Made by a program: the position numbers and the translations under genes. Below are positions 21,292 through 30,474 of a DNA stretch of 64,000 bases, one piece after another. Location: positions 32,001 to 96,000 of the forward strand of contig CBDFKD010000002.1 of NCBI GenBank assembly GCA_965248695.1, read 5' to 3'. Origin of the DNA: Acidobacteriota bacterium. GTDB lineage: Bacteria; Acidobacteriota; UBA890; WLXD01. The notes below the pieces were generated by a model. That model searched no databases and was not told the DNA's origin. It saw nothing but the letters and a program-made list of their open reading frames with translations. The first letter of the stretch is position 1; each line of letters starts with the position of its first letter.

Positions 21292-21759
21292 ATGGTTGTG
21301 TATCGATCGGCCCGCGTCGTCGGGTTGCTGCTGGTCGTCCTTGGAGTCTCTTCGAGCTCGGTGACTGCGCAGGACCAGGTAGTGACGCGAGGCGAGTCTC
21401 TGCAGGGGGCGCCCGTGGTCCAGCTTGGCACCGCGTTGCAGTCGGTCGACGAATACATGCATCGGATCGTGGCGCTCGAGGGCAAGGTCGCCAAGGTGTG
21501 CCAGGCCAAGGGCTGCTGGATGGAGCTGGTTGCGGGCGACGATCGAGGTATCCGCGTCACGTTCAAGGACTACGCGTTCTTCGTGCCGACCGACTCGACC
21601 GCGTACCGGGCTCGTCTCGAGGGGACATTCGAAGCCAACCGCTACTCCAAGCAGGACGCGGATCACCTGATCGCTGAAGGGGTGCCGCTCACCCGGAACC
21701 CCGACGGCACAGCCACCGAAATCAGCTTCGTGGCTCAGGGTGTCGAGCTGCGCCGATAG
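21292..21759 (+). CDS. DUF4920 domain-containing secreted protein
   Basis: GGAGGAGG RBS, signal peptide, VCQAKGCWM and RVTFKDYAFFVP. Confidence 0.85.
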   Translation: MVVYRSARVVGLLLVVLGVSSSSVTAQDQVVTRGESLQGAPVVQLGTALQSVDEYMHRIVALEGKVAKVCQAKGCWMELVAGDDRGIRVTFKDYAFFVPTDSTAYRARLEGTFEANRYSKQDADHLIAEGVPLTRNPDGTATEISFVAQGVELRR

Positions 21760-21777
21760 TCGGGGGCTGACCCTTCA

Positions 21778-21829
21778 GCCGACCCCAACTGCCTGACCAG
21801 AACTAGCGCGCAGACCACCCCGAAACGGA
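21778..21829 (+). repeat. 52-bp direct repeat, copy 2
   Basis: 48/52 identical to 15654-15705. Confidence 0.9.
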
Positions 21830-21842
21830 GATCAGCTACCCC

Positions 21843-23546
21843 ATGTACCGAACTGAGTCTGTATCGCTGAAAACCCGTGGCCGGTGGCTGCTGCTGCCGT
21901 CAATTGTGTGGGCGGTCTGCTCCGCTCAAGCTTCCGGCGCCGCCCAATCATCCGGCAGGCCACAGTCGCCCACCGTGGTCAACGACAGCGCCATGGTCGA
22001 CGAGTCGCGGGGCGACAACTGGCTGGCGTTCGGGAGAACCTACAGCGAGCAGCGCTTCAGCCCTCTGAACCAGGTCAATACGTCCAACGTCGGTGACCTG
22101 TCGGTCGATTGGTATCTCGACCTGCCGAACGATCGGGGCCTGACTTCCACACCGCTCGTTGTCGACGGCATCCTGTACTTCATCGGCAGCATGAACGTAG
22201 TGCGCGCCGTCGACGGAGCCAGCGGCGAGATGCTGTGGGAGTACGACCCGGACATCGTCGGGCATGCGGCCCATCGCATCCGGGCCGGCTGGGACCACAG
22301 CCGGGGCATCGGGTTCTGGGAAGGCAAGGTCTACGTCGCCACCTGGGACGGACGTCTCAACGCTGTCGACGCGGCCACCGGAGAGGAGCTGTGGAGCGTC
22401 ATGACGGTCGACCCGGCCGTCCACTACTACATCACCGGCGCCCCCAAGATCTTCAAGGGCAAGGTGCTGATCGGCAACGGCGGCACCGAGAACGGCGCCG
22501 CCCGCGGCTACGTCACCGCTTACGATGCCGAGACCGGCGAGCAGGCCTGGCGCTTCTGGATCGTACCCGGCAACCCCGCCGACGGGTTCGAGAACGACGC
22601 CATGGCGATGGCCGCCGAGACCTGGACCGGCGAGTGGTGGAAGTTCGGCGGCGGCGGTAACGCCTGGCACGGTTTCACCTATGACGCCGAGCTAGACGTG
22701 CTGTACATCGGCACCGGCAACGGCGCGCCGTGGAACCGGAAGATCCGCAGCCCCGGGGGCGGTGACAACCTGTTCCTGTGTTCCATTGTCGCCCTCGACC
22801 CGGATACCGGTGAGTACCTGTGGCACTACCAGACGACGCCCGGCGAGACGTGGGACTACAACTCCAACATGGACATCGTCCTGGCCGATCTAGAGATCGA
22901 CGGCCGCGACGTGAAAGCAATCCTGCACGCCCCAAAGAACGGTTTCTTCTACGTGATCGACCGCGAGACCGGGAAGCTGATCTCGGCCGAACCGTTCGCC
23001 GAGGTCACCTGGGCGACGGAGATCGATCTGGAGACCGGCCGACCCGTCGAGGTGGCAGGCGCGCGGTACGATGATCGACCGGCCCGGATCGCGCCGGGGC
23101 CGATCGGCGCCCACAACTGGCCTGCCATGTCCTACAACCCGTCCACCGGGTTGGCCTACATGCCGACAATCCACACGGCGACGATGTTCAGCGACGAGGG
23201 TATCGACCTCGAAGCCTGGGACTCACCGATCGGAAGGCTCGGAGTGGGGGTCAGGTATAACCTGACAGAGTCCAGTAGGCTGGACGGCGTGCTCGGATCC
23301 CTGCAAGCGTGGGATCCGGTGCGCCAGGAACTGGCCTGGGAGATTCCGCTAGGCGGCCTCTGGAATGCCGGAACGATGACCACCGCCGGCAACCTGGTGT
23401 TCCAGGGACGAGTCGACGGGACGCTCGCGGCGCATGACGCCGCGAGCGGCTCCACGTTGTGGACCTTCGACGTGGGTTCAGGGATCTCCGCCCCGCCGAT
23501 CACCTATGCGATCAACGGGCGCCAGTACGTCGCTCTGCTGGTCTGA
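21843..23546 (+). pseudogene. PQQ-dependent alcohol dehydrogenase family protein, 3'-truncated by IS
   Basis: Tryptophan-docking repeats, ITGAP, GNGG, WDY, GAHNW; ends at PITYAINGRQYVALLV and the TGA is the first codon of the IS end. Confidence 0.85.
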
Positions 23547-23609
23547 CCTGACCCCCGAAAACGGATCCGGATGTAATCTCACGATCTGGGTCAAGAACGG
23601 GAGGTCAGA

Positions 23610-23888
23610 ATGCCGAGTAAGAGGCACAGCGCCGAGCAGATCGTACGCAAGCTCCGGGAGGCTGAGGTGGAGCTGGCTCGAGGGGCGACGGTCAAGGATG
23701 CCTGCCGCAAGCTAGCAATCACCGAGCACACCTACTACCGGTGGCGGCGAGAGTACGGCGGACTGAAGCTCAACCAGGCCAGAAAGCTCAAGCAACTGGA
23801 GAAGGAGAATGCCCGGCTCAAGAGGCTGGTGGCGGAAAAGGAACTCGACCTGTCGATCCTGAAGGAAGTGGCGGAGGGAAACTTCTGA
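23610..23888 (+). CDS. IS3 transposase OrfA (HTH)
   Basis: EQIVRKLREAE...TYYRWRREYGG...LEKENARLKRLVA; ends at a G-GGA-AAC slippery site. Confidence 0.92.
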   Translation: MPSKRHSAEQIVRKLREAEVELARGATVKDACRKLAITEHTYYRWRREYGGLKLNQARKLKQLEKENARLKRLVAEKELDLSILKEVAEGNF

Positions 23889-24769
23889 GCCCAGCTCGGC
23901 GGCGAGAGGCGGTGGCACATGTACGGGGGCGGCTGGGCGTCTCGGAGAGGCGGGCGTGTCGGGTACTGAAACAACCACGCACGACACACCGGTACGTGCC
24001 AAGAGAGCCGCAACAGGAGCAGATTTTGACGGAGCGGATCGTGGATTTAGCCCGACAGTACGGGCGCTACGGATATCGGAGGGTGACAGCGTTGCTGCGC
24101 ATGGAGGGCTGGTCCGTGAACCACAAACGAGTGCAGCGTATCTGGCGGCGCGAAGGGCTGAAAGTACCGAGAAAACAGCCCAAACGAGCACGGCTGTGGC
24201 TGAGCGATGGCTCCTGCATCCGGCTGCGCCCACAGCACCGGGATCATGTCTGGGCGTATGACTTCCTGCACCACCGGACGCACGACGGTCGGGCTATGAG
24301 GCTGCTGACGATCGTCGATGAGTACACACGAGAAAGCCTGGCGATCCATGTAGCACGGAAGCTCAACTCTGAGGACGTGCTGGAGCAGCTCGGGAGGTTG
24401 TTCGTACACCGGGGCATACCTGAGCACATCCGGTCGGATAACGGACCAGAGTTCACCGCCGAGGCGGTTCGCGACTGGCTGGGCCGGTTGGGCGTGGGGA
24501 CGCTGTTCATCGAGCCGGGCTCGCCGTGGGAGAACGGTTACGTGGAGAGCTTCAACGGCAAGCTACGCGACGAGCTGCTGGATGGAGAGATCTTCTACAC
24601 GCTCAAGGAGGCAAAGGTTCTGATCGAGAGATGGCGTCAGCACTACAACCGCATGCGACCGCACAGCTCGCTGAGCTATCGGCCGCCCGCACCCGAAGCG
24701 ACGTTGTTGAAGCCGGCTGCGCTCCGCTTCGCCGGCCTCAACAACCTCTTGTCAGCACCGAGTTACTGA
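23885..24769 (+). CDS. IS3 transposase OrfB (DDE), probably via -1 frameshift
   Basis: YGYRR, WAYDF, IVDEYTRE, RSDNGPEF, PWENGYVESFNG, YNRMRPHSSL; -1 frame relative to orfA. Confidence 0.92.
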   Translation: MSPARRREAVAHVRGRLGVSERRACRVLKQPRTTHRYVPREPQQEQILTERIVDLARQYGRYGYRRVTALLRMEGWSVNHKRVQRIWRREGLKVPRKQPKRARLWLSDGSCIRLRPQHRDHVWAYDFLHHRTHDGRAMRLLTIVDEYTRESLAIHVARKLNSEDVLEQLGRLFVHRGIPEHIRSDNGPEFTAEAVRDWLGRLGVGTLFIEPGSPWENGYVESFNGKLRDELLDGEIFYTLKEAKVLIERWRQHYNRMRPHSSLSYRPPAPEATLLKPAALRFAGLNNLLSAPSY

Positions 24770-24795
24770 GATAAGACATGGTACTAACCGCGGGG

Positions 24796-25119
24796 TCAGG
24801 TCAATAGTGCATCGGCCGCAGTTGCTTTGGCCGTCGGATGCATCTCCCGCAGAAACTCAAGCTTGGCCACCGAAAAGTCGACCCCGAGCAGTCGACATGC
24901 CGGCCGTTCGCGCGAGAGATACCAGAGATTGCTGCCTTCTCCGCAGCCGACCTCCAGGACGCGTCCCTGTGGCGGAATACGCTCTGCGACGAGGCGCGCG
25001 AGCGCTGATTCCTTGCGTCGGAGGAAAGGGTTGTCGATTCGATTCCAGTAGCGGGCGACGTCGACATTTCGATGGAACTCGATCTGTTCGGTGCGCGCGT
25101 TTCGAACGGACGGATTCAT
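24796..25119 (-). pseudogene. Class I SAM-dependent methyltransferase truncated by IS
   Basis: VLEVGCGEG, GVDFS, ADA; stops inside the IS right end after motif III. Confidence 0.8.
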
Positions 25120-25892
25120 GCTATGTCAACCGTCCGTGTCCCGCCTTGCGCGGAAGCAGCTCCATTCTCGGTCTTGGACGCCCGAATTGTAGTCGCGAAC
25201 ACCAGATTGAAGTTTGGCGAAGGCACACCGGTTGGATACCAACACTCCTCTCGGTCTGCGAAGTAGTGGCGGATGAGGGCAAGCAAGCGCCCGCACGTGT
25301 TGACGTGCTCGCGCGCCACAATGTAGTCGTAGTCGAACCCCATTCGGCGAAACGTTCGCCTGGTGGAAAAGTACCTACCTAGGGTCCACGCGAGGCCACC
25401 CTCGGTTGGGATGGCGATCGACAGAATCCCGCCCGGCTTCAGTACGCGAGCCCATTCCTTGAGAACCAGGTGAGGGTCGGTCAGGTGCTCCAATGTGTAG
25501 ATGGATATGACGCGGTCGAATGTGTGGTTCGCGTATGGAAGCCGCCGACCGTCGAGCACCATCGCCTCAACCCGAGGATTCGCACCATGAGAGCGCAGCA
25601 CTTGACCGAGCATCCGAAGGTCCAAATCGCCCACGATGTAGCGGTCGAACCGGTGACGGACATGAGGCAGGTGTGGATGTCCCCCGCCGCCCACCTCGAG
25701 CACATTCCTGTATCCGTCGCTTGCGGTATGTGGCCTCTCCAGCATGCGGTGACCCGCAGCACCGATCCTTCGAATAAGAGCGCTGCCATCGTAGAACACG
25801 TCGGCATACGAACGACCCCGGTATTCTTTCCAGCGCTCCCACATTTCGTCCTCGGGTGCCTCAGGTCCCGAGGCCGGGATGTCTAGTCCCAT
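25116..25892 (-). CDS. Class I SAM-dependent methyltransferase (start uncertain)
   Basis: VLEVGGGG, LPYANHTFDRV, LEHL, RVLKPGG. Confidence 0.85.
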   Translation of the reverse strand: MGLDIPASGPEAPEDEMWERWKEYRGRSYADVFYDGSALIRRIGAAGHRMLERPHTASDGYRNVLEVGGGGHPHLPHVRHRFDRYIVGDLDLRMLGQVLRSHGANPRVEAMVLDGRRLPYANHTFDRVISIYTLEHLTDPHLVLKEWARVLKPGGILSIAIPTEGGLAWTLGRYFSTRRTFRRMGFDYDYIVAREHVNTCGRLLALIRHYFADREECWYPTGVPSPNFNLVFATTIRASKTENGAASAQGGTRTVDIA

Positions 25893-26032
25893 CGACTTAC
25901 TCCCGCGCTCCGGCCGCGCAGGCGCTTCGGGATCGGAACCACCTGGAAATGAGGGTGACTCAACCAACACTGGGCCCCAGGGTGCTGACGATGACGCATC
26001 TTTCGAGACAAAAAGGTGCGTGCCGCCGAGTC

Positions 26033-26128
26033 GGCGTCCAATACGCAGCCAGTGTAGACGAACTCGTGGGAGTGGCCGACGCTACGGTCATCATGACGGC
26101 GTGGCCCGAGTTCGGACAGATGCGGCGA
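26033..26128 (+). pseudogene. Possible remnant of a UDP-glucose/GDP-mannose dehydrogenase C-terminal domain
   Basis: GVQYAASVDELVGVADATVIMTAWPEF resembles the AD-x-V-I-x-T-x-W-x-E-F motif. Confidence 0.5.
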
Positions 26129-26157
26129 GCGATGATACGTCTTGCGGCGACAATCAG

Positions 26158-26235
26158 TGGCGGGGCCGACGGGATTTGAACCCGCGATCTCCGGCTTGAC
26201 AGGCCGGCGTGTTAACCAGGCTACACCACGGCCCC
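26158..26235 (-). tRNA. tRNA-Asp(GTC)
   Basis: GGGGCCG acceptor stem, anticodon loop CTGTCAA, GGTTCAAATCC, encoded CCA. Confidence 0.97.
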
Positions 26236-26278
26236 GCCCGAAAAGCGGTCTGCTGCGCCGCTGGCGACGGCAAAAAAA

Positions 26279-26354
26279 TGGTGGGCGGTACCGGACTCGA
26301 ACCAGTGGCCCCCTGCTTGTAAGGCAGGTGCTCTCCCAGCTGAGCTAACCGCCC
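26279..26354 (-). tRNA. tRNA-Val(TAC)
   Basis: GGGCGGT acceptor stem, anticodon loop CTTACAA, GGTTCGAGTCC, encoded CCA. Confidence 0.97.
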
Positions 26355-26365
26355 ACGCGGGTCGG

Positions 26366-26374
26366 ATTCTAGCA
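26366..26374 (-). promoter_or_regulatory. Extended -10 promoter for tRNA-Val/tRNA-Asp
   Basis: TGcTAGAAT 11 nt upstream of tRNA-Val. Confidence 0.55.
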
Positions 26375-26467
26375 TAAGCGCGGGCCCCTAAAGCTCACCG
26401 CGAGGCAGCCTCAACGGCTCACCGAGAGACAGCTCGAATATCTCAGCGGCTCGGCAGCTCGAACGGC

Positions 26468-27202
26468 TCAGCGACGCAGCAGCGCCTTCATCTCGGCGAC
26501 CGCCCGCGTCAGACCCACGAAGCTCGCGCGCGCAACGATGTTGTGGCCGATGTTGAGCTCGATAATCTCCGGCACCTGCACGATGGCACCGACGTTGCGG
26601 TAAGTAAGCCCGTGACCGGCAGCCACTCGTAGGCCGGCCTCGCGCGCGTGTCTGGCCGTCTCGGCCGCCTTGTCTCGCTGGCGCATCGTGACCGCCGAAT
26701 CACGCTCCTCGCTGGCGTCGGCGTAGGCCGCGGTATTGATCTCGATCTGCTGAACACCGGACTCAGCGGCCGCGTCCACCTGGCGGCGGTCCGGGTCGAT
26801 GAAAATCGCCACATCGATACCCACTTCCTGGAGCGCCTGCACGGTGTCAGCCAGGCGAGCAGGATCGGCGGCGACATCGAGACCGCCCTCGGTAGTGATC
26901 TCGTCGTCACGTTCGGGTACCAGCGAGACGTTGTGCGGCCGAAACTGCAGCGCCAACTTCAGCATCTCCTCCGTGCACGCCATCTCGACGTTCAGGTGCG
27001 TCTTGACGGTGGCCGCCAGCAACTCGACGTCGCGCTCGTTGATATGGCGCCTGTCGGTGCGCAGGTGGACGGTGATGCCGTCGGCGCCCCCCAGCTCCGC
27101 CAGCACCGCTGCCTGCACGGGATCAGGTTCCGGAGCGCGCCGCGCCTGCCGCAGGGTGGCGATATGGTCGATGTTGACGCCCAGGAACATCGCGTCTGCC
27201 AT
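26468..27202 (-). CDS. pdxJ: Pyridoxine 5'-phosphate synthase
   Basis: LGVNIDHIATLRQAR, GITVHLR, AGHGLTY, ELNIGH. Confidence 0.97.
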   Translation of the reverse strand: MADAMFLGVNIDHIATLRQARRAPEPDPVQAAVLAELGGADGITVHLRTDRRHINERDVELLAATVKTHLNVEMACTEEMLKLALQFRPHNVSLVPERDDEITTEGGLDVAADPARLADTVQALQEVGIDVAIFIDPDRRQVDAAAESGVQQIEINTAAYADASEERDSAVTMRQRDKAAETARHAREAGLRVAAGHGLTYRNVGAIVQVPEIIELNIGHNIVARASFVGLTRAVAEMKALLRR

Positions 27203-27251
27203 CGGAACAACCTCGTCGAAGCGGAGAGGGTGCTGCGGCGGCGAGGCGAGC

Positions 27252-28625
27252 TCAGGCCGACGCTTCGAGAGCGCTCACGATATCACTGGCCAGGCTGGCG
27301 ATCTGTCCGGCGTCCTCGCCCTCCACCATCACCCGCGCCATCGCCTGCGTTCCCGAGTACCGGACCAGCACCCTGCCGCGCTCACCCAGGCTCGACTCGG
27401 CCTCGCGGATCGCCGCCAGCACCTCCGGTAGCTCCTCGATCGGTCGGCGGTCGGCGACATCGACGTTCTTCAGCACTTGCGGGAGCGGCTGCATCGACGC
27501 GGCGAGCTCGCTCAGGGAGCGGCCCGTCTCGCGCATCACCTGCAACACCTGGAGAGCCGTGATCAACCCGTCACCGGTAGTGTTGAAATCGAGAAACACC
27601 GTATGCCCGGATTGCTCACCGCCAATACAGAAGCCGCCGCTGCGCATTTTGGCGACGACGTGCCGATCGCCGACGTCCGTACGCTCGACCTTCACGTCGA
27701 TCTCGCGCAACGCCAGGTCGAGGCCGAGGTTGCTCATCACTGTGGCCACGACCGTATCGTGGCGAAGATCACCCTTGTCCTTCCAAGCGTTGGCGCAGAT
27801 CGCCAACACATGATCGCCGTCGATCAGGTTGCCGTCGCTATCGACCAGCACGCAGCGATCCGCGTCGCCGTCCAGGCACACTCCAACGTCGGCCGCCCCT
27901 TCGCGCACCCGCGACGCGGCCGCCTGAGCGTGCATCGACCCCACCCCGTCGTTGATGTTCGTGCCGCTCGGCGAGGTGCCGAGGGCGATAACGTCGGCGC
28001 CGAGCTCGGCCATCACCGCGGGGCCGACACGATACGCCGCACCGTGCGCCGCATCGACGACGACTCGCATACCGTCGAGCGTGAATCCCCGTGGCAGTGT
28101 CCCTTTGAGGAACTCCACGTAGCGCCCCGCCACGTCGTCGACGCGGAACGCTTTACCGACAGAGTCTGCCGTGGGTCGAACATCATCGATCCGGCCAGTG
28201 AAGGTGAGGTCCTCGATCTCCTCCTCGAGCTTGTCGGGAAGCTTGTACCCGTCGCGGTTGAAGAACTTGATCCCGTTGTCCATGTACGGGTTGTGAGACG
28301 CAGAGATGACGATGCCGGCATCGGCGCGCAGTGACCGCGTCGCGAAGGCGATACCAGGCGTAGGCAGTGGGCCCACCAGAATCGCGTCGACGCCCATCGA
28401 GCAGATCCCGGCGACCAGCGCGCTCTCGAGCATGTAGCCCGACAGCCGCGTGTCCTTGCCGATCAGGATGCGATGACGGTGCGTGCCCCCACGGAAGACG
28501 TGCGCCGCGGAGCGGCCCAACCGCACCGCCGTCTCCACCGTCATGGGCTCGATGTTGGCGACGCCACGAACCCCGTCGGTGCCGAACAGCCGCACACCAC
28601 CGGCGCGCTTACCGAACTCGTTCAT
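27252..28625 (-). CDS. glmM: Phosphoglucosamine mutase
   Basis: FGTDGVRG, SASHNP, DGDADR, GGEQSGH, VRYSGT. Confidence 0.97.
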   Translation of the reverse strand: MNEFGKRAGGVRLFGTDGVRGVANIEPMTVETAVRLGRSAAHVFRGGTHRHRILIGKDTRLSGYMLESALVAGICSMGVDAILVGPLPTPGIAFATRSLRADAGIVISASHNPYMDNGIKFFNRDGYKLPDKLEEEIEDLTFTGRIDDVRPTADSVGKAFRVDDVAGRYVEFLKGTLPRGFTLDGMRVVVDAAHGAAYRVGPAVMAELGADVIALGTSPSGTNINDGVGSMHAQAAASRVREGAADVGVCLDGDADRCVLVDSDGNLIDGDHVLAICANAWKDKGDLRHDTVVATVMSNLGLDLALREIDVKVERTDVGDRHVVAKMRSGGFCIGGEQSGHTVFLDFNTTGDGLITALQVLQVMRETGRSLSELAASMQPLPQVLKNVDVADRRPIEELPEVLAAIREAESSLGERGRVLVRYSGTQAMARVMVEGEDAGQIASLASDIVSALEASA

Positions 28626-29596
28626 GACGAGCTCGCAGGCTGATCGTAGACGTGGACATCGATTCGGCTCTGCGGCGTGATCGCCATGACCTCGATGTGT
28701 TCGGCCAGTGAGGGGTCGGCGAACTCGATTTGCGGCTCGACTCGGTAGTCTTCGGTACGCGGCGCCAGCTCGGTGGCGTCCAGACGAGCAATGATGTCGT
28801 CGGGCTCGAGGGCATCCAGCACCGAGGGCGGGCCGCGCAACACCAGGCCGATCTCGCCGGGGTTCACCACGACACGATACGCGTCCGCGACAATCGACAC
28901 GGTGATTCCGTCCAGCTGCCGAGGAACCGCCGCCTCCGTGATGACGATCGTCATGACCACGCTCGTACCCCGCTCGACCGTCACCAGCGGATCGTCGGTC
29001 AGCACGGCCAACTCTCGCGTGACCGGCTCACGACGACCGGCAACGTTGACAATCTCCGTCGACACGCTGGTGAGCTGACCGACGAGTGAGGCCGGCCCGG
29101 TCACCGACACTACCGTGGGCTCGACCACCTTGTCGCTGATCTCGAAGCCCTCCGCTGGACTGCCCTCGACGACCGCGTTCACCGGCAGCTCGGCGCGCAC
29201 GCGTTCGTCGAGCTGGACTCTGAGCAGCGGAGGGTCAATGCGCGCGACCCGGACGCCGAACGGATTGTCGATGTCGTCGCCCGACAGCGTGATCACATTG
29301 TCGCCGAGCGTGGCGCCGAACATATCGATGCGCGGTGACAGTTGACCGGGGGTCAGATCTCGTGTCCGAGCCGGCATGCCACGAACGGTCACCTCGACCG
29401 TCGGGGAGGCACCGTCAAGCAATGCCATGTCGGACGGGATGTTCAGCAGCTGTACCGGGACGCCGACGACGATGTGCGGTACGTCGGCGTCGGGTACCAC
29501 ACTCCACAGTCCTAGCGCCATCGCCAGCGACACCAGCTTGAGCGGCAGGTTGTCGAACGGCCGGAGGTTTGCCCAGGCCGCCGTTACGCGGTTCAT
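28622..29596 (-). CDS. cdaR: CdaR/YbbR-domain protein
   Basis: N-terminal TM (KLVSLAMALGLW), repeated beta domains (VSVTGP), position between cdaA and glmM. Confidence 0.85.
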   Translation of the reverse strand: MNRVTAAWANLRPFDNLPLKLVSLAMALGLWSVVPDADVPHIVVGVPVQLLNIPSDMALLDGASPTVEVTVRGMPARTRDLTPGQLSPRIDMFGATLGDNVITLSGDDIDNPFGVRVARIDPPLLRVQLDERVRAELPVNAVVEGSPAEGFEISDKVVEPTVVSVTGPASLVGQLTSVSTEIVNVAGRREPVTRELAVLTDDPLVTVERGTSVVMTIVITEAAVPRQLDGITVSIVADAYRVVVNPGEIGLVLRGPPSVLDALEPDDIIARLDATELAPRTEDYRVEPQIEFADPSLAEHIEVMAITPQSRIDVHVYDQPASSS

Positions 29597-30474
29597 TCGT
29601 GCACCGCCTGCGGCGTACCATCGTGCTCCGCCCGAGGCACGCTGACAGGCTCGGTTGCTTCGGCCTGCACGGCAGTAGACTCCTGAAGGCCCTCCTCAGG
29701 GGCCTGCGCCTCCCGCGCCTCGGACTCCACCACCAGCAGCTCCCGTAGCCGCCGGCTCAGCGAGGCTGCATCGAGACGCCTGGTTATCTTGCCTCCGACG
29801 GCCAGTGCCAAGCTGCCGGACTCCTCGGAAACGACCAGCGCGACAGCGTCAGTCTCTTCAGAAATGCCGATTGCCGCTCGGTGACGCGAGCCGAGAGCGC
29901 GCGCCAGCCGCGGATTGGACGTCAGGGGTAAGAAACACGAGCCGGCGGCAATGCGCTCGCCACGCACAATCACCGCGCCGTCGTGCAGTGAGGTACCGGG
30001 ATGGAAGATCGAGAACAGCAGATCGTACGAGATGCTGGCGTCCAGCGTGATGCCCTGATCGATGTAGTTCTGCAACCCGACGCCACGCTCGAACACGATG
30101 ATGGCGCCGCGACGCTCGGCCGCCATCGCGGTTGCCGCGCTGACGATGTCGTCGAACGGCTCGGTAGGAATCGCCGGGGTCAACCCGCGGAGCGCCGCGG
30201 TGCGTCCGAGATGCGCCAGGCCGCGGCGAAGCTCGGACTGAAACAGCACGATGACGGCGAGCACGATGTAGGTAAACACGTTCGACAGCAGCCAAACCAC
30301 CGTGCTTAGCTGCAGCAGATTGGCGACCGTATAGGCGACGAATACGAGCACCAGCCCGACTACCACGCGGACGGCGCGAGTGCCCTGGATGAGGATCAGG
30401 CTCCGGTAGAGTACATACGCCACCAGCAGGACGTCGACGACGTCACGTAACTCGAACTGGGTCAGGAGATCCAT
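29593..30474 (-). CDS. cdaA: Diadenylate cyclase
   Basis: Three N-terminal TMs, LHDGA and GSRHRAA motifs, VVSEESG. Confidence 0.95.
   Translation of the reverse strand: MDLLTQFELRDVVDVLLVAYVLYRSLILIQGTRAVRVVVGLVLVFVAYTVANLLQLSTVVWLLSNVFTYIVLAVIVLFQSELRRGLAHLGRTAALRGLTPAIPTEPFDDIVSAATAMAAERRGAIIVFERGVGLQNYIDQGITLDASISYDLLFSIFHPGTSLHDGAVIVRGERIAAGSCFLPLTSNPRLARALGSRHRAAIGISEETDAVALVVSEESGSLALAVGGKITRRLDAASLSRRLRELLVVESEAREAQAPEEGLQESTAVQAEATEPVSVPRAEHDGTPQAVHE

Larger units (their letters stand above)
23544..24803 (+). mobile_element. IS3 family insertion sequence (IS407-like), 1260 bp
   Basis: Terminal inverted repeats TGACCTGACCCC / GGGGTCAGGTCA; orfA plus orfB; flanks GGTC and ATAG show no target duplication. 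Confidence 0.95.
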
